From positions 20,550 through 84,549 of the forward strand of contig DAHVFW010000001.1 in assembly GCA_027316835.1 (NCBI GenBank): a DNA stretch of 64,000 nucleotides. Direction: 5' to 3'. Source of the DNA: Ferrovum sp. (lineage in GTDB: Bacteria > Pseudomonadota > Gammaproteobacteria > Burkholderiales > Ferrovaceae). A program made the position numbers and the translations under genes. Below are positions 52,200 through 60,873 of this stretch, piece by piece; within the stretch, counting starts at the first letter, position 1, and each line of letters starts with the position of its first letter. Under the pieces are notes generated by a model. That model worked only from the letters and a program-made list of their open reading frames with translations, made no database searches and had not been told where the DNA came from.

Positions 52200-53178
52200 C
52201 TCCTTTTCCTCCTAGGGCAATCTGCCCTTCATCTGCCATGCGCCGGATGGTCTTGATGATTTCCTTCTGTTCGGCTTCCACGTCACTGACCCGCACCGGG
52301 CCCTTGGCATCCAGATCCTCGCGCATCATCTCGGCCGCGCGCTGCGACATATTCTTGAAGATCTTCTCACGCAATTCGGGACTGGCACCTTTGAGCGCCA
52401 CGATCAGTGATTCTGACTGTATTTCGCGCAGGATCAACTGGATGCCACGATCATCGATGTCCATTAAATTGTCGAAAACGAACATCTCATCAAGGATCTT
52501 CTGGGCCAATTCGGGATCATAGGCGCGCATCGCTTCAATGACCGAGGCTTCCGTCGTCCCCCCTACATAATTGAGAATTTCAGCCGTCGCCTTGGTCCCT
52601 CCCTTGATGCGCTTTTTCGTGGTCGCCGACCCCATCAACAGTTTGGTCAACACATCGTTGAGTTCACGCAAAGCCAAGGGCTGCACTCCATCCAGCGTTG
52701 CAATGCGCAGGATGACATCATTTCGGGTTCGCTCCGTCAATGCATTCAGGACACCCGCGCATTGATCGGGTTCGAGATGGGCCAGAATGGTCGCAATGAT
52801 CTGCGGATGTTCATTGCTGATCAACTCGGCAATGCTAACGGCATCCATCCATTTCAGGCTTTCGATCCCGCTGGTGTCTCCCCCATGCAGAATCCGCTCG
52901 ATCAACCCGGCGGCCTTGTCATCCCCCAGTGCCTGATTGAGCATTTTCTTGATGTAATCTGACGAATTACTGCCCACTGAGGTTTTTTCTTCGGCCAATT
53001 GGTGGAATTCATCAAAGACCGTACTGATCTGTTCCTTGGTCAAGGATTTCATGGAGGCCATGGCCGTACTGATCTTCTGGACTTCCTTGGGAGTCAACTG
53101 TTTCAAAACTTCAGCGGCCTCATTCTCCCCCAGGGCCATGAGAAAAACCGCGCATTTGTCGACGCCATCGTCACTCAT
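52183..53178 (-). CDS. fliG: Motor switch protein FliG
   Basis: EHPQIIA, MFVFDNL, KNMSQRAAEM, GPVRVSDVEAEQKEI. Confidence 0.98.
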   Translation of the reverse strand: MSDDGVDKCAVFLMALGENEAAEVLKQLTPKEVQKISTAMASMKSLTKEQISTVFDEFHQLAEEKTSVGSNSSDYIKKMLNQALGDDKAAGLIERILHGGDTSGIESLKWMDAVSIAELISNEHPQIIATILAHLEPDQCAGVLNALTERTRNDVILRIATLDGVQPLALRELNDVLTKLLMGSATTKKRIKGGTKATAEILNYVGGTTEASVIEAMRAYDPELAQKILDEMFVFDNLMDIDDRGIQLILREIQSESLIVALKGASPELREKIFKNMSQRAAEMMREDLDAKGPVRVSDVEAEQKEIIKTIRRMADEGQIALGGKGDDAFV

Positions 53179-54916
53179 TCCCGTGCATCCAGTCTCTCAA
53201 CACCGAAGCCACGATCGCGGGTTCCTGCATGGCGATCGCGCGTGCTCGGGTCAATGCGGCTTCCTGGCGAGAAGTTTCGGAAACTGCTTGCCCATCCGCC
53301 CCATACCCTGCGCCTTCCAGTGCCTCCTCGCCCTCTCGATCCCCTTCTTCCTTGAGCACATCCGCCACCGGGACCACCGGTGGCTTGAGTGCCTGATTGA
53401 AATTACGCACGGCAGGCCGAATGATCCCCAGCATCAGATAGAACGCCACCCCAATGATCACCAGGTATTTCAACGCGTTCTTGGCCAGATCCACATTCTC
53501 GGGTTGTTTCCAGAGAGGCAATTCCAATTCTTTTTCCTTTTGATCAGCAAAAGGACTGTTGAGCAAACTGAGCGCATCGCCACGCTTTTCATCAAAGCCC
53601 ACCGCATCCTTGATCAGCATGGACATCTGAGTTTTTTCCGCTTCGCTGAAGGGTCGCACGCTCACTTTCCCGGCACGGTCAGTGACCCGATGATTGTTCA
53701 GGATGACCGCGACGGACAAACGCCGGACCATTCCAACGGGCAAGCGGGTATGACTGATGGTATGGTCGACGTCATAGTTGGTGGTCATTTCCTTGTGCGT
53801 ATTTTCAGAATTCTGAACTGCTGTCCCGTTGACGGGTCCGGGAGGTTGACCCAATTTCACACCGGGTGCCGTGGGATTGGCCCCGGCCACGGGATTAGCC
53901 GGATTGGGGGCGGCATTGGGAGCGGTCAACGGCGCAGTTGCCGGAACAGGAGGTTGGTTGGTCAGGGCTCCGGGAACCCCGCCCACGCTGGGCGCATTGA
54001 TATTGCTGGACTCCGTGGTTTGCTGGCTGACCACGGCAGCTTGATTGGGCGGTTGATTGGGTTTATAGGCCTCGGCGGTTTGTTCCACTTGGGTAAAATC
54101 CACATCGGCGGTCACCTGCGCATGCACATTGGCCAACCCCACCAAAGGTGACAAGATATCCTCGATACGCTTGATGTCGTCCTGCTCGATCTGATGCACA
54201 TATTTCAACTGCTCCGCATCCAAAGCCGAATTTTCTCCGGAAGGAGGGGCACTCAACAGATTACCGCTTTGATCCACCACCGTCACATTGTGCGGCGTCA
54301 GTTTGGGAACGCTGCTGGAAACCAAATGGACAATGGCGTTCACCTGTCCGGGATCCAAGGCTCTGCCCGGGTATAAAGCCAGGACGACGGAAGCCGTGGG
54401 AGGGTCCTGCTCACGCACGAAAACCGTAGGCTTGGGAATAGCCAAATGTATGCGGGCTGCTTGCACCGCTGAAAGAGTTTGCACCGAACGGGCCAACTCC
54501 CCTTCCAGTGCCCGCTTGTAATTGACCTGCTCCAGAAATTCGCTGGTTCCGAATTTTTCGTTCTCCATCAATTCGAAGCCAACGGTGCCTCCCTTGGGCA
54601 ACCCTTGTCCCGCCAAATGCAACCTCACTTCATGGACCTGATCGGCCGGGACCATCAAGACCCCGCCTCCCTCAGCGAACTTGTAGGGCACATTCATCTG
54701 TTGCAGCGAATCGACGATGGCCCCCCCATCCCGGTCCGAGAGATTGCTGTAGAGAACCCGGTAGTCTGGCGCAGACCCCCACAACCATAAACCCGTAACC
54801 AAGGCCACCAAAGCCGCCAGAGCCGCCCCCAGCCCCATTTTCTGACCGGCCGTCAGACGCCCCCACGCTTGCGTGAGAAGCGAAGGAGGTGGTGCATTGT
54901 CTACCAGTTCAGCCAT
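53171..54916 (-). CDS. fliF: MS-ring protein FliF
   Basis: GLPKGGTVGFEL, RALEGELARS, ASVVL, NVTVVDQSG, RRLSVAV. Confidence 0.98.
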   Translation of the reverse strand: MAELVDNAPPPSLLTQAWGRLTAGQKMGLGAALAALVALVTGLWLWGSAPDYRVLYSNLSDRDGGAIVDSLQQMNVPYKFAEGGGVLMVPADQVHEVRLHLAGQGLPKGGTVGFELMENEKFGTSEFLEQVNYKRALEGELARSVQTLSAVQAARIHLAIPKPTVFVREQDPPTASVVLALYPGRALDPGQVNAIVHLVSSSVPKLTPHNVTVVDQSGNLLSAPPSGENSALDAEQLKYVHQIEQDDIKRIEDILSPLVGLANVHAQVTADVDFTQVEQTAEAYKPNQPPNQAAVVSQQTTESSNINAPSVGGVPGALTNQPPVPATAPLTAPNAAPNPANPVAGANPTAPGVKLGQPPGPVNGTAVQNSENTHKEMTTNYDVDHTISHTRLPVGMVRRLSVAVILNNHRVTDRAGKVSVRPFSEAEKTQMSMLIKDAVGFDEKRGDALSLLNSPFADQKEKELELPLWKQPENVDLAKNALKYLVIIGVAFYLMLGIIRPAVRNFNQALKPPVVPVADVLKEEGDREGEEALEGAGYGADGQAVSETSRQEAALTRARAIAMQEPAIVASVLRDWMHGNE

Positions 54917-55074
54917 GGCGGTCTAAAGAAATACGGAGTGGTCAACCCGTCCATTATGCGTTCTTTCTGCCACCTCTGTCCGTCAAACAGAGCGGGAAAC
55001 CCCAAGGTAATTCACTGATCAAACCCGCACAGATCACCCCATACTTTCGATACGATGGCGGAGGAGTCCAGATC

Positions 55075-55404
55075 ATGAATGTTTCGGCGGTTGACAGCCT
55101 GTTGGCACAGATGCGGGCGGCAGCCTCGATGGCGCAGGGGGGTGCTGCGCCGCTCGCCCATTCCAACTCCTCTGCCGCAGCCCCGGATTTTTCCACCCTT
55201 CTCAAACATTCCGTCGATCAAATCGCCCAGTCTCAATCTCAGGCGGACTCCCTGACCCAGCAGTTCACCTCGGGAAGTTCCAATGTCAGTTTGAGCGATG
55301 CCATGATGGCCATGCAAAAGGCCACCATCACCCTTCAAACCGGCATTCAGATCCGCAACAAAGTCGTCACCGCCTATACGGATATCATGAACATGCAAGT
55401 CTGA
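55075..55404 (+). CDS. fliE: Hook-basal body protein FliE
   Basis: AMQKATITLQTGIQIRNKVVTAYTDIMNMQV; ATG after GGAGGAG. Confidence 0.97.
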   Translation: MNVSAVDSLLAQMRAAASMAQGGAAPLAHSNSSAAAPDFSTLLKHSVDQIAQSQSQADSLTQQFTSGSSNVSLSDAMMAMQKATITLQTGIQIRNKVVTAYTDIMNMQV

Positions 55405-56154
55405 TCAGGGCAGTTGTTCGCGCTGACGACGGGTAATGTAACGTTGCAACTGCATGGCCATGCGTGAGGACAGGGTAATGAAACGACACCCGATCAAGGT
55501 CAACTCCTCGCCCGAAGGCATACGTGTCAGCGCGGAATGACGCACTTGAATATCAAACACGATCTCGCTGCCATCTTCCAGAATCAAACGACAGTCCTGA
55601 ATCTGGTCACCCGGTTTAAGCGGTGAATCCTCCGCTCGTTCACTGTACAAGGCCACCCCTCCTTCACTGATGTCACGCACCGCAAAACGCAAAGGTTCCT
55701 GTCCAATGTGTGTTTCCACCTGGCATTTCAACAATCCGGGAGGAAGATACAATCGAAAAAAATCCCGTCGCTGAAGCCGGGTCAGGTATTCAGGAAAGGT
55801 CAGATAAAATTGGTTTGTATCCTCTCTCCGTTGCAGTTCAAGTTGCTTGACCGGAAACTGGACCTTGGCCTGCAAGTGTGCGCTTACAAAAAATTTTTGG
55901 GGACTCTCCACAATGCTTCGATTGACCCCGGCATCGCGCGTTGCATCGAGCCAGAATCCGCCGGCATCCAGATCCAGAATGACCGTGACGATCACTCCGC
56001 CTTCCCGTGCTCCATAGTACAAAGCCACCCTTTCTCCATGCCGGGCAATGTCGCGCAGGATTCCCCGTACGGCCATGGGGGCATCGATTCGAAAGGCATG
56101 CTCCTCATCCGGCGTAAAAGATTCTATGGTCAAAGCAACATCGGGATTGATCAT
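55405..56154 (-). CDS. ycgR: c-di-GMP-binding flagellar brake YcgR (YcgR-N + PilZ)
   Basis: QRRDFFR (RxxxR) and DISEGG (DxSxxG) PilZ motifs. Confidence 0.9.
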   Translation of the reverse strand: MINPDVALTIESFTPDEEHAFRIDAPMAVRGILRDIARHGERVALYYGAREGGVIVTVILDLDAGGFWLDATRDAGVNRSIVESPQKFFVSAHLQAKVQFPVKQLELQRREDTNQFYLTFPEYLTRLQRRDFFRLYLPPGLLKCQVETHIGQEPLRFAVRDISEGGVALYSERAEDSPLKPGDQIQDCRLILEDGSEIVFDIQVRHSALTRMPSGEELTLIGCRFITLSSRMAMQLQRYITRRQREQLP

Positions 56155-56453
56155 ACCAGTGGGTTCTCGTTGTGAATGGATTGTTTACCTTCAAGACGAT
56201 ACAACCAAGCCAGCAATTCGGCAACTGCCAAATAAAGTTGAGGCGGAATATGGCGGTCCAATTCCACCTGCATGAGTAAACCCACCAGTTCCGCCGACTC
56301 GTGTACGAAGACGCCATGCTCCCGAGCCTTTTCGATGATGGCTTGGGCCAGAAGCCCCCGTCCCTTGGCAACCACCTTGGGTGCTGAGCCGTTTTGTCCC
56401 AGGTAGGCCAAAGCCACGGCCACCTGCGGGTGCGGCGAATTCCCCGTACTCAC
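56151..56453 (-). CDS. Stand-alone FlhB C-terminal-like protein (EscU/YscU family, FlhX/YlqH-like)
   Basis: AVALAY...APKVVAKGRG..A..I...A....VFV....IPPQLYLAVAELLAWLY. Confidence 0.9.
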   Translation of the reverse strand: MSTGNSPHPQVAVALAYLGQNGSAPKVVAKGRGLLAQAIIEKAREHGVFVHESAELVGLLMQVELDRHIPPQLYLAVAELLAWLYRLEGKQSIHNENPLV

Positions 56454-57511
56454 TCTTCGGCCCCCGGCGGATGGTCAGACGCCAAGACGGATAAATTCGT
56501 GACATTGAGCCCACTGGCCTGCATGGATTCCACCAAATCCGATCCATGTTGCGTCAAAGTCGCGCGGGTCGAGGCGGAGGCCGTCCCCAAACGCACCTTC
56601 ACTCCCTGAGAATCCAGGGTCAGATGGGCGGACACAGCACCCAGTATCGGCAAACCCAGATGCACTTCCGTATGCCAGGTCGAGGCTGTCTGATCCTGCG
56701 CTGAAGGCGATGAAGACTCCGGCCAAATCTGCCATTTCAGAGCATGTTGGGGAGCCAGCATTCCTTGCCAGAGAACACGCCCTGATTCCAGGATACTCAA
56801 CTGTTGCTGGACCAGAGCCTGCAAATGCGCCGGGACCACTCCGGGCGCGGCCGCAGAAGGAGCGGCCCCTCCTTCTGCGGCTGCTGTTCCGCTCATCGAC
56901 CCAGGATTGCCCGGCAGAAGCGTAGCCTGAGGCTGATTCTGGGGTTCGGCGCGCAACTGCGCAACGCTTTGTTGCCCATTCACCCATTGTCCCTGGTGAG
57001 ATTCATAAAACAAGCCACTGGTGGTCAGCGCCTGCTGAAGCGACCGGGCCAGCGCCACGGGATCCAGTGCCCCGAGAGGAGAGGTCACCAGGGGCGCATG
57101 GGACAATGGTCCCTGAACCAGGGATTGCGGGGCCTGCATCAGGTCAGACAACATGCGCGCGGTGGTTCCCAGTTGCGCGGTGGTTCCCGCCTCCGGGGCC
57201 AAAGGGGCGTTCACCATTCCAAAAGTCAGGCGGGGTTGCAACGTCAATACTTGAAGAGTGACGCCTGCACCCACAGGCAAAGCTGTCGGCAAAGGCAACT
57301 GGACCACTTGCGTATTCACGCGCACCGTATAAAGGCCGGACGAAATTTCTGCCAGAATGACCCCTTGCACCTGCTGCCCCAATTGCAGCGTACTGGCCAG
57401 GGAAGTTTGGGCAGCGGGAAACTCAGGGGGAGCCCCGGAGGGCAAAGGATCCCGGTTCAGTGCATAAGCCTGCAGCGCACTCAGGAGGTCAGTGGGCAAC
57501 ATGGTTCCCAC
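56450..57511 (-). CDS. Second FliK-like protein (C-terminal Flg_hook-like domain); alternative ATG at 57502
   Basis: SGLFYESH; WQG...W; WHTEVHLGLPILGAVSAHLTL...LVESMQASGL. Confidence 0.8.
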   Translation of the reverse strand: MGTMLPTDLLSALQAYALNRDPLPSGAPPEFPAAQTSLASTLQLGQQVQGVILAEISSGLYTVRVNTQVVQLPLPTALPVGAGVTLQVLTLQPRLTFGMVNAPLAPEAGTTAQLGTTARMLSDLMQAPQSLVQGPLSHAPLVTSPLGALDPVALARSLQQALTTSGLFYESHQGQWVNGQQSVAQLRAEPQNQPQATLLPGNPGSMSGTAAAEGGAAPSAAAPGVVPAHLQALVQQQLSILESGRVLWQGMLAPQHALKWQIWPESSSPSAQDQTASTWHTEVHLGLPILGAVSAHLTLDSQGVKVRLGTASASTRATLTQHGSDLVESMQASGLNVTNLSVLASDHPPGAEE

Positions 57512-57519
57512 TCATCCCC

Positions 57520-57855
57520 TCAACGGGAGGGCGTATAGGCTTGGCGCACCTTTTTTTCCTGACGCGTGTTGCGCAAGGCCCATTGTAACTTTTCCATCCA
57601 TGGCTGAGTATTCTGGCGGATGCTGGCATCATCCGCCAGAATCTTGAGGATCAGTGCTTTCTTGTGCGTGCGCTCGGACTCTTCCAGCGTACTCCGGGCA
57701 TCGGCCTGACGCATGATCTGCACCCGTTCCTGACATTTCATTTCCAGCGCCACCAATCGATCCCACTGACCCGAGGCCGCAGCCTCGCGCATCAGCCCCA
57801 TCAAGGAGGACAGGGCTTCATAATTCTGAACGGCGGATGGAAAAGCGAGACTCAT
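57520..57855 (-). CDS. fliT: Flagellar chaperone FliT
   Basis: MREAAASGQWDRLVALE...ILADDASIR; follows fliS. Confidence 0.9.
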   Translation of the reverse strand: MSLAFPSAVQNYEALSSLMGLMREAAASGQWDRLVALEMKCQERVQIMRQADARSTLEESERTHKKALILKILADDASIRQNTQPWMEKLQWALRNTRQEKKVRQAYTPSR

Positions 57856-57873
57856 GGGGACATTATATCCATT

Positions 57874-58377
57874 TTAGATTTGCTGATAGGCATTCAGGGC
57901 CCGACGCACCCCAGAAGACATCAACTCATTTCCACTCAACGCCACGACTTTTTCCCGCGCCGCAGAGGAATCCTGCCGTACTGCTTCGGTTTCTCCCGGA
58001 CGAATGGCTTCCCATCCGCCACGCAATTCGATCAGAAGTTTGGATACCTCGTCCAGCATCGCCACCTCGTTCCTCAGATTTGCTTCGAGCAGACGCGCAC
58101 TCATGTACGCATACAACGCACTCAGATTCTGCACCAATTCCCCCCCCACCGACGGGTTCAAACTGGCCATCAAACCCTCCTCGATGATGGAAATGGCTTG
58201 GGAAATGGATTTTCCTTTAGCACCGACCTCATTGTTCATCAGATGATTGCGGGCTGCCGCAATGGAAAGCAATGCACCTTGATAGAGCAACAATACGAGC
58301 TTATGAGCATCCGCCGATTGGACGCTGGAATCGACCCCCACCTCTTCATACTTCTTGAGTTTCGACAACGTACTCAT
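57874..58377 (-). CDS. fliS: Flagellin chaperone FliS
   Basis: ADAHKLVLLLYQGAL; GELVQNLSALYAYM; ELRGGWEAI. Confidence 0.96.
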   Translation of the reverse strand: MSTLSKLKKYEEVGVDSSVQSADAHKLVLLLYQGALLSIAAARNHLMNNEVGAKGKSISQAISIIEEGLMASLNPSVGGELVQNLSALYAYMSARLLEANLRNEVAMLDEVSKLLIELRGGWEAIRPGETEAVRQDSSAAREKVVALSGNELMSSGVRRALNAYQQI

Positions 58378-58388
58378 GCTGATTTCTC

Positions 58389-60404
58389 CTAACGAAGTTG
58401 AGCCAACTGGGTAGACAGATAACTGCTGGTCTGACTCATGGTGCCAAGCATGACATTCAAAGCGGTGTATTGGGCAGTCAAAGACTGTTGAATGCTGGCC
58501 AGACGGCCTTGCCAGTTGGTGATCTGGCTCCCGATATTGCTGATGCTGCTATTGAGCCCACTGACCTCTGCTGCGATCGGTCCGCTGATGGGGTCCAGCA
58601 AGGAAGTCGCGAGGTTGTTCAGACTGACTGCATAGCCTTGCGAAAACGAAACCGTCCCGCGACTGCCGGTGCTTCCCCCATCGATGGTCAGGGATAAACC
58701 CGAACTGTTGCCCGCCGTGGAAGTCAACAATTGTCCCGAGCCGGTCGCCGCTGCCCCGTTGATGCTGCCCGCCACATCCAGCCCGTTGGTCTGAACCGGA
58801 GCACTGCCCAATAACCCCGAACTGCCGTCCCCGCCGGTTACCGCCACGACAGAGGCAGATCCATAGACATTGCTGGTCAGATTCAAGTAACCGCTGGCAT
58901 TGACGGTCACGCCCACGGAGACTCCGGCCGCAGACAAGGTCGAGTTTCCATTGATGGAGGACTCCAACTGAGTGGCCAAGGCGCTGGCACTGCTGTAGGT
59001 TCCGGCTGGAAGAGTCACCGCCACCGAGTTTCCGTCCACGTTCAAATTGACCGTATCGTTGGAGCCTGCCGTGATGGTCAGGTTGGGAGAGGCCGAACCG
59101 GTCAACTGCCCCTGAGTCGCCACTTGGCTCACATTGACCGCGTAAGTCCCTGGTTGTGTGCTGGTGCTGGAATTCGTATAGTTCACCAGACTGTCCGTAG
59201 CCTTCCCCACCGTACTGAACAGACTTGCAATATCGGAGGGACTGGTGGCCAGCGCCGTATTCAATTGACTGCTGTTGACCGCCATGGACCCGTCTTGCTG
59301 GAATGTCACGCCGATTTCCGCCAGCGTCGAATAAACCGAAGTGGTCCCCGAGATGGGCGTATTGAGAATGCTGCGAATCTGATTCTGGATATTGTTGACC
59401 ATGGGATCACCGAACAACGGGCCAGCAGTATTGGTCGAACTGTCGTAACTGGCTACGCTCTGGATCGCCGTGTTCAAGGCATTGTAAGCAGACACCAGAT
59501 TGTTCACCGCCGTGGTCACCGCTCCCGTGTTCTGAGCCACGCTCACCGTGGCCGGAGAAGCAGTGGTTCCCGTCAGATTGAACGTCAGACCCTGCACCGC
59601 ATTGCTCACCGTATTCGATGCCTGAGACAACGCAATGCCATTGACGGTCAACTGCGCGTTCTGGGCTGCCGAAACTTGGGTCAGATCCTGGGTTCCTGCC
59701 GGATTGTAAGACAACAGACTGCTCAGGGTCGCATCACCGGACACACTGATCTGCATACTGTTGCTGACCCCCGACGACCCCGTCAGGACAAGTTGATAAG
59801 GGGTGCTGCTCCCATTGTCCACCACCGTCGCAGTGACCCCGATCCCCGCAGCGTTGATGGCTGACGCAATACCCGACAAGGAATCGTTGCTGCTGTTGAT
59901 GGTCACCGATTTGGTACCACTGCCGTTGGGCGTGAACGTTGCTCCCGAGTAAATCCCGCTGCTCAGCGTTCCCCCACTGATCGTGCCCGAAGTAAAATTC
60001 AACGTGGTGGTGGCTCCCGTCCCGATGGGCGCCGTTTCGCTGGCCTGCCCCGCCGCCACCAGACTCTGGGCTTGGGCCAACTGGGACACGGAAACGCTGT
60101 AACTGCCGGGTATGGCGCTGGTGGATGCCGTGGCGCTCACCGCACTGTTGCTGGAACTGGTGGTGTAACCCTGATACTGGCCCAACGAAGTCAGTCCCTG
60201 CACCGCCGTCTGAAAAGAGGAAACCGCTCCTTGAACCGTATTCAGAGCCGTGATCGTGGACTTGAATCCCGATTGCTCATTCTGGAGTTGGGTCATCGGC
60301 TGACTTTCCACCTGCATCAACTGACCGACGATGCTCGCCACATCGATGGAACTGGAGGTCACCGAACCGCTGGGAATCAATCCCGAAGTGGAAGAAATTG
60401 TCAT
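58389..60404 (-). CDS. fliD: Filament cap protein FliD (long, Ser/Thr-rich)
   Basis: IDVASIVGQLMQVESQP; V.QLAQAQ; AQNAQLTVNG; QYTALN.LGTM. Confidence 0.95.
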   Translation of the reverse strand: MTISSTSGLIPSGSVTSSSIDVASIVGQLMQVESQPMTQLQNEQSGFKSTITALNTVQGAVSSFQTAVQGLTSLGQYQGYTTSSSNSAVSATASTSAIPGSYSVSVSQLAQAQSLVAAGQASETAPIGTGATTTLNFTSGTISGGTLSSGIYSGATFTPNGSGTKSVTINSSNDSLSGIASAINAAGIGVTATVVDNGSSTPYQLVLTGSSGVSNSMQISVSGDATLSSLLSYNPAGTQDLTQVSAAQNAQLTVNGIALSQASNTVSNAVQGLTFNLTGTTASPATVSVAQNTGAVTTAVNNLVSAYNALNTAIQSVASYDSSTNTAGPLFGDPMVNNIQNQIRSILNTPISGTTSVYSTLAEIGVTFQQDGSMAVNSSQLNTALATSPSDIASLFSTVGKATDSLVNYTNSSTSTQPGTYAVNVSQVATQGQLTGSASPNLTITAGSNDTVNLNVDGNSVAVTLPAGTYSSASALATQLESSINGNSTLSAAGVSVGVTVNASGYLNLTSNVYGSASVVAVTGGDGSSGLLGSAPVQTNGLDVAGSINGAAATGSGQLLTSTAGNSSGLSLTIDGGSTGSRGTVSFSQGYAVSLNNLATSLLDPISGPIAAEVSGLNSSISNIGSQITNWQGRLASIQQSLTAQYTALNVMLGTMSQTSSYLSTQLAQLR

Positions 60405-60418
60405 GATCGCCCCCGAGA

Positions 60419-60784
60419 TCAGGCCTTCTGATTCAAAAATGCCCCTTTCTGGGGCAGGGCATCGATGGACTGAGCAATGGCCAACGCCTGACGGGAAGGA
60501 ATCTGGGCGATTACCGTCCCGGTCTGGGCTTCCACCACTTTGACCACTGTTTCATGGGTGGATTTATCCTCACTGAAGGTCAAACCACGGTTGAGAAAGG
60601 ACGATTGATTGAGAGTTTGAACGGCCCCGCTCACCTGCGCAGAATGCGCCGTCTGGCTTGGAATCACGGGCATTCTGGTAACCGCAGACGTTCCTGCTGC
60701 CTCGGGGAGTGGATTCCCCAAGGCAGCAGGAACCGCGCCCGTACTCGCGGATATTCCTGTTGAATTGACTGTCTGGATAACCAT
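60419..60784 (-). CDS. flaG: FlaG family protein
   Basis: LTFSEDKSTHETVVKVVEAQTGTVIAQIPS; between fliC and fliD. Confidence 0.92.
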   Translation of the reverse strand: MVIQTVNSTGISASTGAVPAALGNPLPEAAGTSAVTRMPVIPSQTAHSAQVSGAVQTLNQSSFLNRGLTFSEDKSTHETVVKVVEAQTGTVIAQIPSRQALAIAQSIDALPQKGAFLNQKA

Positions 60785-60803
60785 GATCACCCCCTCACTT
60801 CAT

Positions 60804-60856
60804 AAGGAAAGATGAAGAACCGGACCGCGCAGAATTTTCCCGGTCCAGCCTTCATC
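60804..60856 (-). terminator. Probable intrinsic terminator/attenuator after fliC
   Basis: Nested stems GATGAAG/CTTCATC and GGACCG/CGGTCC followed by TTTCCTT on the minus strand. Confidence 0.5.
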
Positions 60857-60873
60857 CTACCGTGTCGCCCCGT

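Noticed and set aside
55402-55407. fliE and ycgR stop codons abut as the palindrome TGATCA with no terminator
   Set aside because: Compact convergent arrangement; no evidence of function beyond genome compaction
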